Positions 47,531 through 60,559 are shown, counted from the first letter of the whole stretch. The stretch is 63,225 nt of DNA, filler included, from Craspedostauros australis (GCA_030167865.1; 18 parts of 18 records of this genome joined end to end with filler, not necessarily neighbours in it); one strand, 5' to 3'. A program made the numbers and translations. The notes: generated by a model not told the origin, from the sequence alone.

Positions 47531-48833
47531 TCGCCAAGCCGACATCGCTGATAACCCGGGCAGCATCATTGCCACTCGCAAGCCTGCCGACTACGAGGCT
47601 CTCCGACCCCACTTTGGCTGGATTCCAGCTCGTCGCGTTCGCGACACTCTTCGGTGTACCTCCCAATGGTACCGTACCGCCGAGCGTTTCTCCATGCGCA
47701 AGCATTTCAAGTCTCGGTTCCCAGCGGCCAACGTCGACCGTCTCCATGAGACGGTTGCGATGGATACGCTCTTCTCNNNNNNNNNNNNNNNNNNNNNNNN
47801 NNNNNNNNNNNNNNNNGGCTGCACCATGCTTCAGGTGTACGTCGCCCTCGACTCTCGGTTCACGGCCGGCTTTCCCATGCCATCCGAGAGCCGCATCTCC
47901 GACACTCTCCATGACTTCATCCGACGCCACGGGGCTCCCGACCTACTGATGTCCGACAACGCCAAGGCGCAGATCGGTAACAAGGTTATGGAGATNNNNN
48001 NNNNNNNNNNNNNNNNNNNNNNNNNNNNNNNNNNNNNNNNNNNNNACTACGAGGCTCTCCGACCCCACTTCGGCTGGATACCAGCTCGTCGCGTTCGCGA
48101 CACTCTTCGGTGTACCTCTCAATGGTACCATACCGCCGAGCGCTTCTCCATGCGCAAGCATTTCAAGTCTCGGTTCCCAGCGGCCAACGTCGACCGTCTC
48201 CATGAGACGGTTGCNNNNNNNNNNNNNNNNNNNNNNNNNNNNNNNNNNNNNNNNNNNNNNNNNNNNNNNNNNNNNNNNNNNNNNNNNNNNNNNNACGTCG
48301 CCCTCGACTCTCGGTTCACGGCCGGCTTTCCCATGCCATCCGAGAGCCGCATCTCCGACACTCTCCGTGACTTCATCCGTCGCCATGGGGCTCCTGATCT
48401 ACTGATGTCCGACAACGCTAAGGCGCAGATCGGTAACAAGGTCATGGAGATCCTCCGGCAGTATCACATCCGTGATCACCAGAGTGAGCCAGAACATCAA
48501 CACCAGAACGGCGCGGAACGCCGGATCCAGGATATCAAACGCACAACCAACGGTGTGATGGATCGCACGGGTACTCCCGACCNNNNNNNNNNNNNNNNNN
48601 NNNNNNNNNNNNNNNNNNNNNNNNNNNNNNNNNNNCAGGTCACCGCTGGCTCCATCACCCCCCTTCAAGCCGCCTTCGGACAGCGACCGGACATCTCCAA
48701 GTTCCTGTCCTACCGATGGTGGCAGCCTGTCTACTACCGAGTTGACAATCCCACCTTCCCCAGCCAGTCCAAGGAGCGCAGTGGGCGCTGGGCCGGTCCC
48801 TGCCTGCACAAAGGCGATGATCTTACCTTCTGG
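47531..48833 (+). mobile_element. CoDi-I-like integrase (two slightly different overlapping copies)
   Basis: DYEALRPHFGW, RKHFKSRFPAANVDRLHETVAMDTLF, FIRRHGAPDLLMSDNAK, SEPEHQHQNGAERRIQDIK, and WWQPVYY...FPS.SKE..GRW.G. The D,D,E catalytic residues are present. Confidence 0.9.
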
Positions 48834-48933
48834 NNNNNNNNNNNNNNNNNNNNNNNNNNNNNNNNNNNNNNNNNNNNTTAATTAATTAANNNNNNNNNNN
48901 NNNNNNNNNNNNNNNNNNNNNNNNNNNNNNNNN

Positions 48934-51879
48934 CGGATACCACAGCGAAACCATATCACAAGCCATAACAAAGAGCAGGACGACCAGAGCAGACGATGAT
49001 CCCGATATAATGGCCACAGAGACGCGAGAACCACCACCACCAAAGGAAGAACACACTATGAGCGTGAACATGGCAAGGTATCAACAGACCTCCATGAAGT
49101 ACAGCCCGACATCAAAAACCCTTCGGCTAACCAGAACCCAACGAGAACCGAACCCCCTCGAAACGGCACAAAGGAGATCACCCAGAACCATCAAGCGCAA
49201 CAAGAGCACACCGGCCTCGCCCAACCGCCAAAAGACGCGAAATTCCAGTGTCGTATACGACATGACCGACAACCGTACCACGAATCAGAACCACGAGCCA
49301 GCCGACGCGCCAACCGACAAATTCTTGATCCGGCGTGGCGACACACCACCATCAGTCCTTACGGACGAATTCAGTACACTCTCGAGTATCAACCCCTCAT
49401 GTGGAAGCGACGTCCTCTACTACCCGAGAGACATGCTGGAGACAGGGCCCATCATGCCAAGGAACCAATCACACGTCGCCACATCGACCAAGTTCCGGAA
49501 ACCGCCACCAGGAGNCACCATGCCAGCCATCAAAGAAGGTAACTGTGAAACTTCCTTCCACACGGGCCTGGCACCTCGGGCTTTCGTCACACCTGAGCAC
49601 GAAACATACAGGTGCGACATGTTGATTGCTGATCTCCAAGAAGACCTGACACGGAACGCGACCGCACCCGCTATTGCATTCCGCGACATGAACATGCTTT
49701 CACCACAAAAACGGAGCCGCCACAACCAGGACCCCGGACACAACCTCTCCCCATTTCAGACGAGGACACGCAAGATGACATTCCCAAAGTACACCCCGTT
49801 CTACGAGGGCATCCATTGTCCCGTCCCCGGATCCAGGGTGCTATATCCCGCAGGAAAGAAGGGACCCTTCNNNNNNNNNNNNNNNNNNNNNNNNNNNNNN
49901 NNNNNNNNNNNNNNNNNNNNCAACCAGGACCCCGGACACAACCTCTCCCCATTCCAGACGAGGATACGCAAGATGACATTCCCGAAGTACACCCCGTTCT
50001 ACGAGGGCATCCATTGTCCCGTCCCCGGATCCAGGGTGCTATATCCCGCAGGAAAGAAGGGACCCTTCCAAGGAATCGTCGTCGGATACAGTGGCCGCAG
50101 AGTCCGAATCTTCTGCACGAAGGGAAACNNNAACACACCAGCCGGCCGTNTTTCCCACGTAGAGAAACAATCCATCTACCCTCTCACCCTCTCCGAATAC
50201 CTGGATAACAACCTCCAAACCACCGAGGTCCTCAGCATCGCCATAGCCGATGGCTAGTGCTTCTACCCCAAAGAGGACGGCGCATGGGGCGAACCACCCG
50301 ACGAGTACCGCGCAACCTTGCGAAAGCCATCCATATGCCACTTCTTCAAGGTGAGGAAGAACCGGATCCCAATCATCTTCGCACGCGCAAGGAAGGCACG
50401 AATGGTCCGGAAACAAAGCGACACCCTCGCCGTCAACCTCGCACGAGAGAAGAACGCACTCGCGAACGAGTCCTTTCCCCCTACCGATGAGGATGACATG
50501 GTCGACGGAATACCATCCCTCGAAGACACCCGTCCCAGTCTCGAAGAGGGAGAGACACTAGAAGGCAGGTTCCTGGATGAGATCCCGGACGGATTCTTCG
50601 ACGAGAAGATGACCGCAGAAGAAGAAGCTAGCCATCAGGAGTCTGAATCAGAGGCCCACCGCGACGGAGACCAAGAATCGCAGGACCCAGGAAGTGTGAT
50701 TGACGTGGAAGCAGAGATCGCAAGTGGGGCGGTGATCAGCCACCCCAGACCTCCCATCAGACGATCATCACGACCATCACCGGCGTCCAAAATCTTGACA
50801 GCCACGCGAGATGGACAAGGGTATACCGACAAGGTACGNCCAAAGCCCATGATCCNNACCGACCACTCCGTGGACAGCGCGTCCGTCCNAGAGCCCGGCG
50901 ACAGTGACGATTCTGGGTCCATCTNCCGACCAGAAGNCAANNCNANCAANCGGAACCAAGCNTCGCGACGACCCANCTCTGGAGCCAGCAGCAAGCAAAG
51001 CAACCGCCCCAAGAGAAAGGGGCTCTTCGATGAATCTGAGGATTCAACCGTTTCCTCGGGAATGTCAAGAATCAAGACGATCAAACAGGTCAGGTCCGCC
51101 AAGAAAACCACGAGTGGGACCATCAACGCGAAAGGAGCTCCTACCACGACCGCGGAGAATCCTCCCGATGCAGCAGAGCCGATGCCTCCCACAACCCAGG
51201 ATGAGCAACCAGAGGTCCCTACGCCACCGGAGNNNNNNNNNNNNNNNNNNNNNNNNNNNNNNNNNNNNNNNNNNNNNNNNNNCATCAGACGATCATCACG
51301 ACCATCACCGGCGTCCAAAATCTTGACAGCCACGCGAGATGGACAAGGGTATACCGACAAGGTACGTCCAAAGCCCATGATCCAGACCGACCACTCCGTG
51401 GACAGCGCGTCCGTCCAAGAGCCCGGCGACAGTGACGATTCTGGGTCCATCTTCCGACCAGAAGACAACTCAACCAACCGGAACCAAGCATCGCGACGAC
51501 CCACCTCTGGAGCCAGCAGCAAGCAAAGCAACCGCCCCAAGAGAAAGGGGCTCTTCGATGAATCTGAGGATTCAACCGTTTCCTCGGGAATGTCAAGAAT
51601 CAAGACGATCAAACAGGTCAGGTCCGCCAAGAAAACCACGAGTGGGACCATCAACGCGAAAGGAGCTCCTACCACGACCGCGGAGAATCCTCCCGATGCA
51701 GCAGAGCCGATGCCTCCCACAACCCAGGATGAGCAACCAGAGGTCCCTACGCCACCGGAGGGGCCAGCCGATGATGACGTGCCGATAGCAACCGTGTACC
51801 CGGCACCTGCGAACCACAATGAGGATGCGAACGCCAACACCCGCAGTTTCCCCGTCTTGAACCATCCCCTGCCATCGAC
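48934..51879 (+). CDS. Large orphan ORF (both listed ORFs are one frame split by a single TAG at 50255-50257); probably mobile-element derived
   Basis: After ADG-TAG the frame continues CFYPKEDGAWGEPPDEYRATLRKP. Mostly disordered and basic, with one compact SH3/Tudor/KOW-like block. Two gap-flanking duplications inflate the length. Confidence 0.5.
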
Positions 51880-51979
51880 NNNNNNNNNNNNNNNNNNNNN
51901 NNNNNNNNNNNNNNNNNNNNNNNTTAATTAATTAANNNNNNNNNNNNNNNNNNNNNNNNNNNNNNNNNNNNNNNNNNNN

Positions 51980-54900
51980 ACGGGATCAATCACACCACAA
52001 TTTCACGTTGTGTTTGACGATTGGTTCGCGACGATAGCGACTGATCTGGCTGATCTCCCAGACTACAACTCAACGGAATGGACGCACATGTTTGGCGACA
52101 CTACGTATCAAATACCGTTCGATGACGACGATGTCATTGCTATGGAGGAGCGGGACATCGAGCAAGAGGATGAAGCCGATCATCAGCGATTCCTTCCCTC
52201 ACACGGTGACGATCCACCAGCAAAATTGTTGCCAAAAACGCCAAACACAAGAACCCCGATTGTGAGTGAACAAAATTCACCAACTCACATTTTGAGGCAA
52301 CCCGTGACATCACACACGAAAAACGAAGTCACCCCAATCGACCAAGTGCAACCACCTCAGCAAACCAGCCGCTCGCCAACAACCATCGATATCAACAAGC
52401 CGATACCACCAATGCCATCGACAGAGGGAGCCGGAGAAGATCCAGCAAGCCACGCTGAACCGCTGCCGCCAACAGAGGGAGTTGTCAACGACAACAGTGA
52501 CGACGATGTACAACCACCAATCGACTCTCCTCCGACTTCACCGCTGCGCAAACCCATCACCGCACCGACAGAACAACCCACGACAAAGAAGGTAAAGCCG
52601 CCTCCACTGCGCCGCTCTGAACGCATCAGCAAGCGCACACCACGAGAGCGACGGACCGTTGAGCGCCTGACCTACGACACCTTGGGCGGAAAAGTGGTTT
52701 GGACCGACGACACCACACAACCACCCGAAACCAGCGCAAACGTAACCACCATCACAATGAGTGAACCCAGCAAGGACCAAGCCGTGGCAGACATGAAGAA
52801 CGCTCTCCAGACCTGCCTTGCGACACTCAAGAAGTATGCCACTCATCAAGATGGCGCAGTAACACAGAAGGCCCACGCTCTGGTGCGCGACACTGACTCC
52901 ATGCTCCGAAATCTAGCGACAATCGAAACCACCGAATTAACTCGGGAAGAACGACGCTGGGCACAGGGCGACCTCGAGATGGAAAGGATGCTTCGCATCC
53001 AACAACTCGAAATCCGAGCCAGAATGCGCAAGGAACAAGAGGACGCAGCGACAAGCGGAGGAGCGCCAACCAACGAACATCACGTCCTAATGGCAAGCAA
53101 CCCGCCCGACACACTCGCGAATGACGACGACTCTTCTGACGATTCCGAAATGGGGCCCACGGAGATGGCAACCTTGTGGACCCAACTTCCACGCGTCGTC
53201 CAATACATGGAGCATTATTTCGATCATGTTGTGCACTTCAGGTTCCCATCGAGAGACGTTCGCATGCAGTGCCTCTACTACGCCATCCGCCAACTCATCG
53301 AAACTCTCGACGACCTCATCCTCGCTGACGAATACGAGCTACCTGTCTCCTACTTCGGTTTTATTCCAAGGACAGAAGGAGAGCCATACACCCTCGAGCG
53401 AGCGATCGCAGCGGTCAATAGCGGCATACGGCCACCCGACGACAGCGAAAGGCTGTTCAACTTCATGACCCGAGCCAGCTGCGTTTGGAACATCGCCACG
53501 CACAACGAACGCTACGAAGTCGCGCTGCATCACCTGCTCGTCCAACTCGGAGTGGCTCCGGCGATCCCACCAAACATACCGGTCCCTCCAAGCGAATTCG
53601 AACCGGCCGAACACCGTGCCTCAGCTTCGACAAGCACCCATTTTTCACAACAACATGAGAACGACGAATCCGACGAACACTACGCGATGGCAGCAACCTT
53701 TGAGCACGATGGTAACAACCATACCGACAACCACCGCGCCTTCATCACATACGACTTGCTCAGCTTCTTCACGACCGGGGGCGATCTCAGCATCTCGGAT
53801 CGACACGTCAGCTACAAGGCATCCAAGACCGATCCCGACACCCTCTCCTTCAGCGAGGCGATGAACGACGACAACAAACAAGAATGGATGGCAGCCGCAC
53901 ACAAAGAAATTCATGACCTTACCAAAAAGGGGACTTGGATTGAGGTGCCAAAATCCACCGCCACCGATCGCATCTTCCCTGGCACGTGGGTGTTTCGGCG
54001 CAAGCGGATGCCCGACGGCACGGTAAAGAAGTATAAGGGACGGTGGTGCTGAAGAGGCGACATGATGACTGAGACGGAAGCAACTTACGCCCCGGTCGTT
54101 GCCTGGTCCTCTGTTCGCGTCTTTCTCATCCTTTCCATCTTGCTTCGCTGGGTCACGACGTCAATTGATTTCTCAAACGCCTTCGTACAAGCCGACATCC
54201 ATCGTCCGGTATACCTACACCTTCCNNNNNNNNNNNNNNNNNNNNNNNNNNNNNNNNNNNNNNNNNNNNNNNNNNNNNNNNNNNNNNNNNNNNNNNNNNN
54301 NNNNNNNNNNNNNNNNNNNNNNNNNNNNNNNNNNNNNNNNNNNNNNNNNNNNNNNNNNNNNNNNNNNNNNNNNNNNNNNNNNNNNNNNNNNNNNATGATG
54401 ATCGTCCTCTATGTGGACGATGCCGGCATTGCCTCGCGCACGGAAGAAGAAGCGGACGCATTCATTGAGTCCATGCGTAAGCGCGGATTCGATCTCACAC
54501 GAGAAGGCACCTTCACGGAATTTCTGGGAATATCGCTNNNNNNNNNNNNNNNNNNNNNNNNNNNNNNNNNNNNNNNNNNNNNNNNNNAACCAACGGACCC
54601 GATACATGCCTCAAGCTGATCAAAAGCCTCTACGGGTTAACTATAGCTCCCAAGCTATGGTACCAACACCTCGTACGTGCTCTCCTCGCGGAAGGATTTC
54701 ACGCGTGTGATCAAGAACGGTGCCTGTTCATGCGCGATGGGATGATGATCGTCCTCTATGTGGACGATGCCGGCATTGCCTCGCGCACGGAAGAAGAAGC
54801 GGACGCATTCATTGAGTCCATGCGTAAGCGCGGATTCGATCTCACACGAGAAGGCACCTTCACGGAATTTCTGGGAATATCGCTACACAGAGATCCCAAG

Positions 54901-55755
54901 AACAACACCATCCACCTCAAACAAACCGGCCTCATCAACAAGATCATCGACGCTACAGGCATGCAGAACTGCAAACCCAACGTGACACCCACAACACAAC
55001 TTGCCCTCGGAGCATCAAATGATCAACCCCCGATGACGGAGGCATGGAACTACCGCTCCGTTGTTGGTATGCTACTCTACTTGACTACAAATACACGCCC
55101 CGACCTAGCTTTCGCCGTCTCTCAAGTGGCGCGATTCAGCAACGACCCTCGCCAGCCACACGCAAAGGCAATCAAGATGATCGTGCGCTACCTTCGCCAC
55201 ACCGACACCATGGGAACCATTGTGCGTCCAACGGGTCAACTCAACCTGGAATGCTACGTTGATGCCGATTTCGCAGGCCTATACAAGCGCGAGGCCGACG
55301 ACTCCCCAAACGCAGTACGTTCCCGCACAGGATATGTCATCATCCTCGGCGGCTGCCCACTTGTGTGGAAATCGAAGCTACAGACGGAAATCGCCTTGTC
55401 CACAATGGAATCGGAGTACGCCGCACTGTCTCTCGCTATGCGCGCCCTCATCCCGATGCAACAACTTATCAACGAAGTGAAAGCATCAACCAACCTCAAC
55501 CAATCGCTGCAAACCAACATCCAGTGCACCGTGTTTGAGGANAACGAGGCGTGTATCTCACTGGCAACGAATCACAAGGTCACGGCACGAACCAAGCATT
55601 TCCTAACCAAGTGGCACTTCTTCTGGCACTGGGTCAAGGAGGGCTTCATCCGGATCCTTCACGTACCAACACCCCACCAAATTGCTGACATCTTCACCAA
55701 AGGCCTCGCGCGGGACGCGTTTGAGCATCTACGCCGTATGCTCATGGGGTGGTGA
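51980..55755 (+). mobile_element. Ty1/copia pol, third family: integrase tail, very long spacer, RT and RNase H, with an in-frame TGA at 54050-54052
   Basis: TGSITPQFHVVFDDWF, DPDTLSFSEAM, PGTWVFRRKRMPDG..KKYKGRWC*RGD, IDFSNAFVQA, KSLYGL, YVDDA, TRPDLAFAV, YVDADFAG, WKSKLQTEIALSTMESEY and QIADIFTKGL...LMGW. PPT GAGAGGGAGAG at ~55829-55839 is followed by a probable LTR start at 55841. Confidence 0.95.
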
Positions 55756-56482
55756 GGGCATCACAAACTGTGAACTATTGATCGAACGATGGAGGTTTTT
55801 ACTCCAGGGACATGCTTCGCACTACGCCGAGAGGGAGAGTTGGGACAGACTTGGTCCGGGATCCACTCGGGACCCAATCATCCGCATTGCGTACACGGTA
55901 CCCGGTATCCGAACCCGATACTGCCATGAAAGGCTACCGCGCGCATGTTGTATAGTTGAACCACAATCCATGCTCTACTCGTCCTCCAGCTCATGCAACC
56001 GCGCCACCTGTTCAGCTAACCATCTTGCAAATCCAACAAGCATCTTGAAGAGTATCCACACCCGTGGATCAAGTACTGCTCTACGGATGGGACTACTGAA
56101 CAGCTGGGCATGTGCAGAACCACCACGACATGTTGCTGTACAACACAAACGGCTCAAGCACGATGGCATGAATCCTGCCCTTTTACTCGATCGTCCTGTC
56201 AACAGTAAGCTTAACACATAAAACAAGCAATCAGAAACAATCTTTACAGCTTACTCCCAAGTTTACTATAGTTACACCATCGTCTGATACAGCTTTGCTC
56301 TCAGCATCAAACGGCGTCAAAGCCGGTTGAAGGGCAGATCATCCTCCTGACAACGTGCAAAAGACACGGAATACTAACTGGTNNNNNNNNNNNNNNNNNN
56401 NNNNNNNNNNNNNNNNNNNNNNNNNNTTAATTAATTAANNNNNNNNNNNNNNNNNNNNNNNNNNNNNNNNNNNNNNNNNNNN

Positions 56483-58724
56483 GTCACCACATCGACAATT
56501 CTTTGGCAACGATCCACCATATGCGGATGCACTCCGTACATTTGGAGAGGTGGGTGTTGTGAAGACTACCTACGGCGGGATTACCGCGAAGCTCAAGAAT
56601 AGAGGAGAAGAGATGGTATTCATCGGATATGCACACCAACATGCATCAGGGGTCTACAACATGTACAGACCATCGACCAAGTCACTCATCTGTTCACGAG
56701 ACATCAAGTGGCTCAACCAATCATACGGACAGTTCCGCGGCTGGGCACCAGCACCGAACATATCCAACAAAGTAGGAACAACGGACGCAGACGGCTTCAC
56801 AACCATTGGACGGAAGGGAGCAATGCCAAGGACGGCAACACGTCGAACATCAGAAGCAAAGAGAGTATCTTTCGCTGACAGCAACAGGTACTACATCCTA
56901 TCGGACAGCAACGATGCGGATGATGAGAACGATGGAGCAGTAACCCAACTAATCCATAACAACGACGAAGATCGGAGCGAATCCAATCATGAGGATGACA
57001 AGATCACACCATCCGGCGACGAAGCTGACGATGACACAGGCATCATTCCTCCAAACACACCAGCCAGGTCTACACATGACACACCATCCAGACCTCCACC
57101 GAGCAAACCAAGCAAATGTGACATAGCCAGAAAGGAGAGAATCCAACGTCACGAATTACGAGGCAGGAAGGGAGAAGCTAATCCCAAGCCAACTACAGGG
57201 AAGAGTATTCCCAGAGCTCTGCGTGAGCTCGCAGACTTCAANNNNNNNNNNNNNNNNNNNNNNNNNNNNNNNNNNNNNNNNNNNNNNNNNNGGCACCAGC
57301 ACCGAACATATCCAACGAAACAGGAACAACGGACGCAGACGGCTTCACAACCATCGGACGGAAGGGAGCAACGCCGAGGACGGCAACGTATCAAACATCG
57401 GAAGCGAAGAGAGTATCTTTCGCTGACAGCAACAGATACTACATCCTATCAGATAGCGATGATGAGGATAATGAGGACGACGGAGCAGTGACTCAACTAA
57501 TCCAGAATGACGAGGAAGATCGGAGCGAATCCAATCATGAGGATGACGAGATCATACCATCCGGCGACGAAGCCGACGATGACGAGACAGGCGTCACTCC
57601 TCCGAACACACCAGCAAGATCTACACATGACAGATCATCCAGACCTCCACCGAACAAACCAAGCAAGCGTGACATAGCTAGAAAGGAGAGGATCCGACGT
57701 CACGAAGCACGAGGCAGGAAGGGAGAAGCTAATCCCAAACCAACTGCGGGGAAGAGCATTCCCAGAGCTCTGCGTGAGCTCGCAGACTTTAACGAACGAG
57801 GTCGAAAGGAAGAAGGCTATGAGAGCGATCCATCATCCAATNNNNNNNNNNNNNNNNNNNNNNACGAGATGATCGACGATTCCAACAACGAAACTACAGA
57901 TGACGAAGAAATCGAAGACGAAGATGAAGAGATCGAGATCACTCACCATAGCACAACAGGACTATACGGAATGAATGCAATCATCACCGAGACACCAGCA
58001 ATCGATATCGGATTATCGATGCAGGACGAGAACAAGGAACCAGAGAAGCACATCGAACCTACAACATTCGATGGAGCCTTCAATNNNNNNNNNNNNNNNN
58101 NNNNNNNNNNNNNNNNNNNNNNNNNNNNNNNNNNGTCAACTGCAGGGAAAAGTATTCCCAGAGCTCTGCGTGAGCTCGCAGACTTCAACGAACAAGGTCG
58201 AAAGGAAGAAGGCTATGATAGTGATCCATCATCCAATGAGGCGAGTGACGAACTCAGCGACGAGATGATCGACGATTCCAACAACGAAACTACAGATGAC
58301 GAAGAAATCGAAGACGAAGATGAAGAGATCGAGATCACTCACCATAGCACAACTGGATTATACGGAATGAATGCGATCATCACCGAGAGACCAGCGATCG
58401 ACATCGGACTGTCGATGAAGGACGAGAACAAGGAACCAGAGAAGCACATCGAACCAACAACATTCAATGGAGCCTTCAATCACCCAGATCCTATCCATCG
58501 GAAGGGATATCGAGCAGCCATCAAGAAGGAGTTCGACTCCATGGATACACGCAAGGTATACAGCAAGATCAAATGAGACGCCATCCCACGCGGCCGCAGA
58601 TGCTGCAAGTGCAAATGGGTCTTCAAGCTAAAGCGTGACAGCACACATCGAGCACGGCTCGTTGCATGTGGCTATTCACAAGTCGCAGGAGTAGACTTCC
58701 AAGAGCATTACTCACCTGTCATCC
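56483..58724 (+). mobile_element. Family-B copia pol fragments (2-3 diverged copies of the IN-RT region)
   Basis: Colinear with 43295-44585. TGA at 58574-58576 where the other copy has CGA (44437-44439). Confidence 0.93.
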
Positions 58725-59114
58725 NNNNNNNNNNNNNNNNNNNNNNNNNNNNNNNNNNNNNNNNNNNNTTAATTAATTAANNNNNNNNNNNNNNNNNNNN
58801 NNNNNNNNNNNNNNNNNNNNNNNNGGAGCGGGCTCTTGGGCATGTTTATTGACGCTCGCTTTTGTCAACGGGTGGATATTGAGCGAGCTGTGTGGTGTTG
58901 AAGTTTGTGATTATTTTGGGTTGATTAGGGGTATTTTGGGAGGTGTGGGACATGGACATTTGGTGGTACATTTGGGAGTTGCGGGAAATGGTGAATTGGT
59001 GTCAATTAACGTCTGTACGTCGTCCGTAGTGTACTGGATTGTGGATAATTGGTCTGTCCTTCGTCTGTTTGGATGTGTGTACAGTGATTGGTCTGTACGT
59101 CGTTCGTTGTGTGT

Positions 59115-59937
59115 TGTGCGAGTGTGTGAGTGTGTGTGTGAGTGTGTGTGTGAGTGTGTGTGTGAGTGTGCGAGGGTGAGTGTGTGTGTGCGAGGGTGAG
59201 TGTGTGTGTGCGAGGGTGAGTGTGTGTGAGAGTGTGTGAGAGTGTGTGCGAGTGTGTGTTTGAGTGTGTGCGAGTGTGTGTTTGAGTGAGTGTTTGAGTG
59301 TGTGTNNNNNNNNNNNNNNNNNNNNNNNNNNNNNNNNNNNNNNNNNNNNNNNNNNGGAGCGGGCTCTTGGGCATGTTTATTGACGCTCGCTTTTGTCAAC
59401 GGGTGGATATTGAGCGAGCTGTGTGGTGTTGAAGTTTGTGATTATTTTGGGTTGATTAGGGGTATTTTGGGAGGTGTGGGACATGGACATTTGGTGGTAC
59501 ATTTGGGAGTTGCGGGAAATGGTGAATTGGTGTCAATTAACGTCTGTACGTCGTCCGTAGTGTACTGGATTGTGGATAATTGGTCTGTCCTTCGTCTGTT
59601 TGGATGTGTGTACAGTGATTGGTCTGTACGTCGTTCGTTGTGTGTTGTGCGAGTGTGTGAGTGTGTGTGTGAGTGTGTGTGTGAGTGTGTGTGTGAGTGT
59701 GCGAGGGTGAGTGTGCGAGGGTGAGTGTGCGAGGGTGAGTGTGTGTGTGCGAGGGTGAGTGTGTGTGAGAGTGTGTGAGAGTGTGTGAGAGTGTGTGAGA
59801 GTGTGTGCGAGTGTGTGTTTGAGTGTGTGCGAGTGTGTGTTTGAGTGAGTGTTTGAGTGTGTGTTTGAGTGAGTGTTTGAGTGTGTGTTTGAGTGAGTGT
59901 TTGAGTGAGTGTTTGAGTGAGTGTTAGTGTTAGTGTG
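59115..59937 (+). repeat. Compound (GT)n / GAGTGTGT / TTTGAGTG microsatellite (region duplicated across a gap)
   Basis: Visible tandem TG-rich repeats. 58825-59305 is re-read from 59356 with different repeat counts. Confidence 0.9.
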
Positions 59938-60559
59938 CTGTGCCATTGCTGCTCATGTGTCTTGGGTGTAGTAACGTCCTTGTATTGTGGGTTATTGTGC
60001 AATGGCATGTTGTGTGATCGAGTTTGGCTTTGTGGGCATTGTTCGGGCACTTGTGTGTGCGTGTTTTTGCTGCCAGTGTGTTGGGGGCTATTAGCAACAT
60101 TCTTTTGGGGTTATTGTGCATTGGGGTGTAGTGAGCTGTGTCTTGATGTATGATTGGTGCTGTCAATTGTTAGGGTGATGCTTTTGTGTCCTAGATTGTC
60201 GTGCTTTGGCCTGTAGTGAGCAGTGTCTTAGTGTATGATGGGTCCTGGAAATTGCCCTGTTCTTTTGTGTGGTTGGTTATCATGCATTTGCATTTAGTGA
60301 GCAGTTGGTGTCATGTTGTGTCATGGCCTTGTCTCTGTGCATGCCTTGCGTGCCTTGTGTGCCTTGTGTGCCTTTGCTACTTGTATATTGAGGGTTAGGG
60401 GTTATGAGTGATGCTGTATCTTGGGTTTTCGTGCATTTCCTCGTTGTGAGCAGTGTGTGAGCAGTGTGTGAGCAGTGTATGGGCAGTGTGTGAGCAGTGT
60501 ATGGGCACTGTAGGGCAGTGTGTTGTGATTTGGCCATTCAAGCTTGTAGGTAACCATGT

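Noticed and set aside
14095..58576. Alternative genetic code (TAG/TGA reassignment) suggested by many single in-frame stops
   Set aside because: The two intact housekeeping genes (~750 codons) have no internal stops. The interrupted ORFs involve TAG, TGA and TAA at positions implying different amino acids, and one is a demonstrable CGA>TGA change. This is ordinary decay.
7359..58780. Recurring TTAATTAATTAA palindrome as a biological repeat or TTAA target site
   Set aside because: It is always centred in exactly 44+44 Ns, so it is a synthetic contig-joining linker.
58849..60050. His/Thr-rich or Cys/Val-rich proteins
   Set aside because: These are translations of TG microsatellites.
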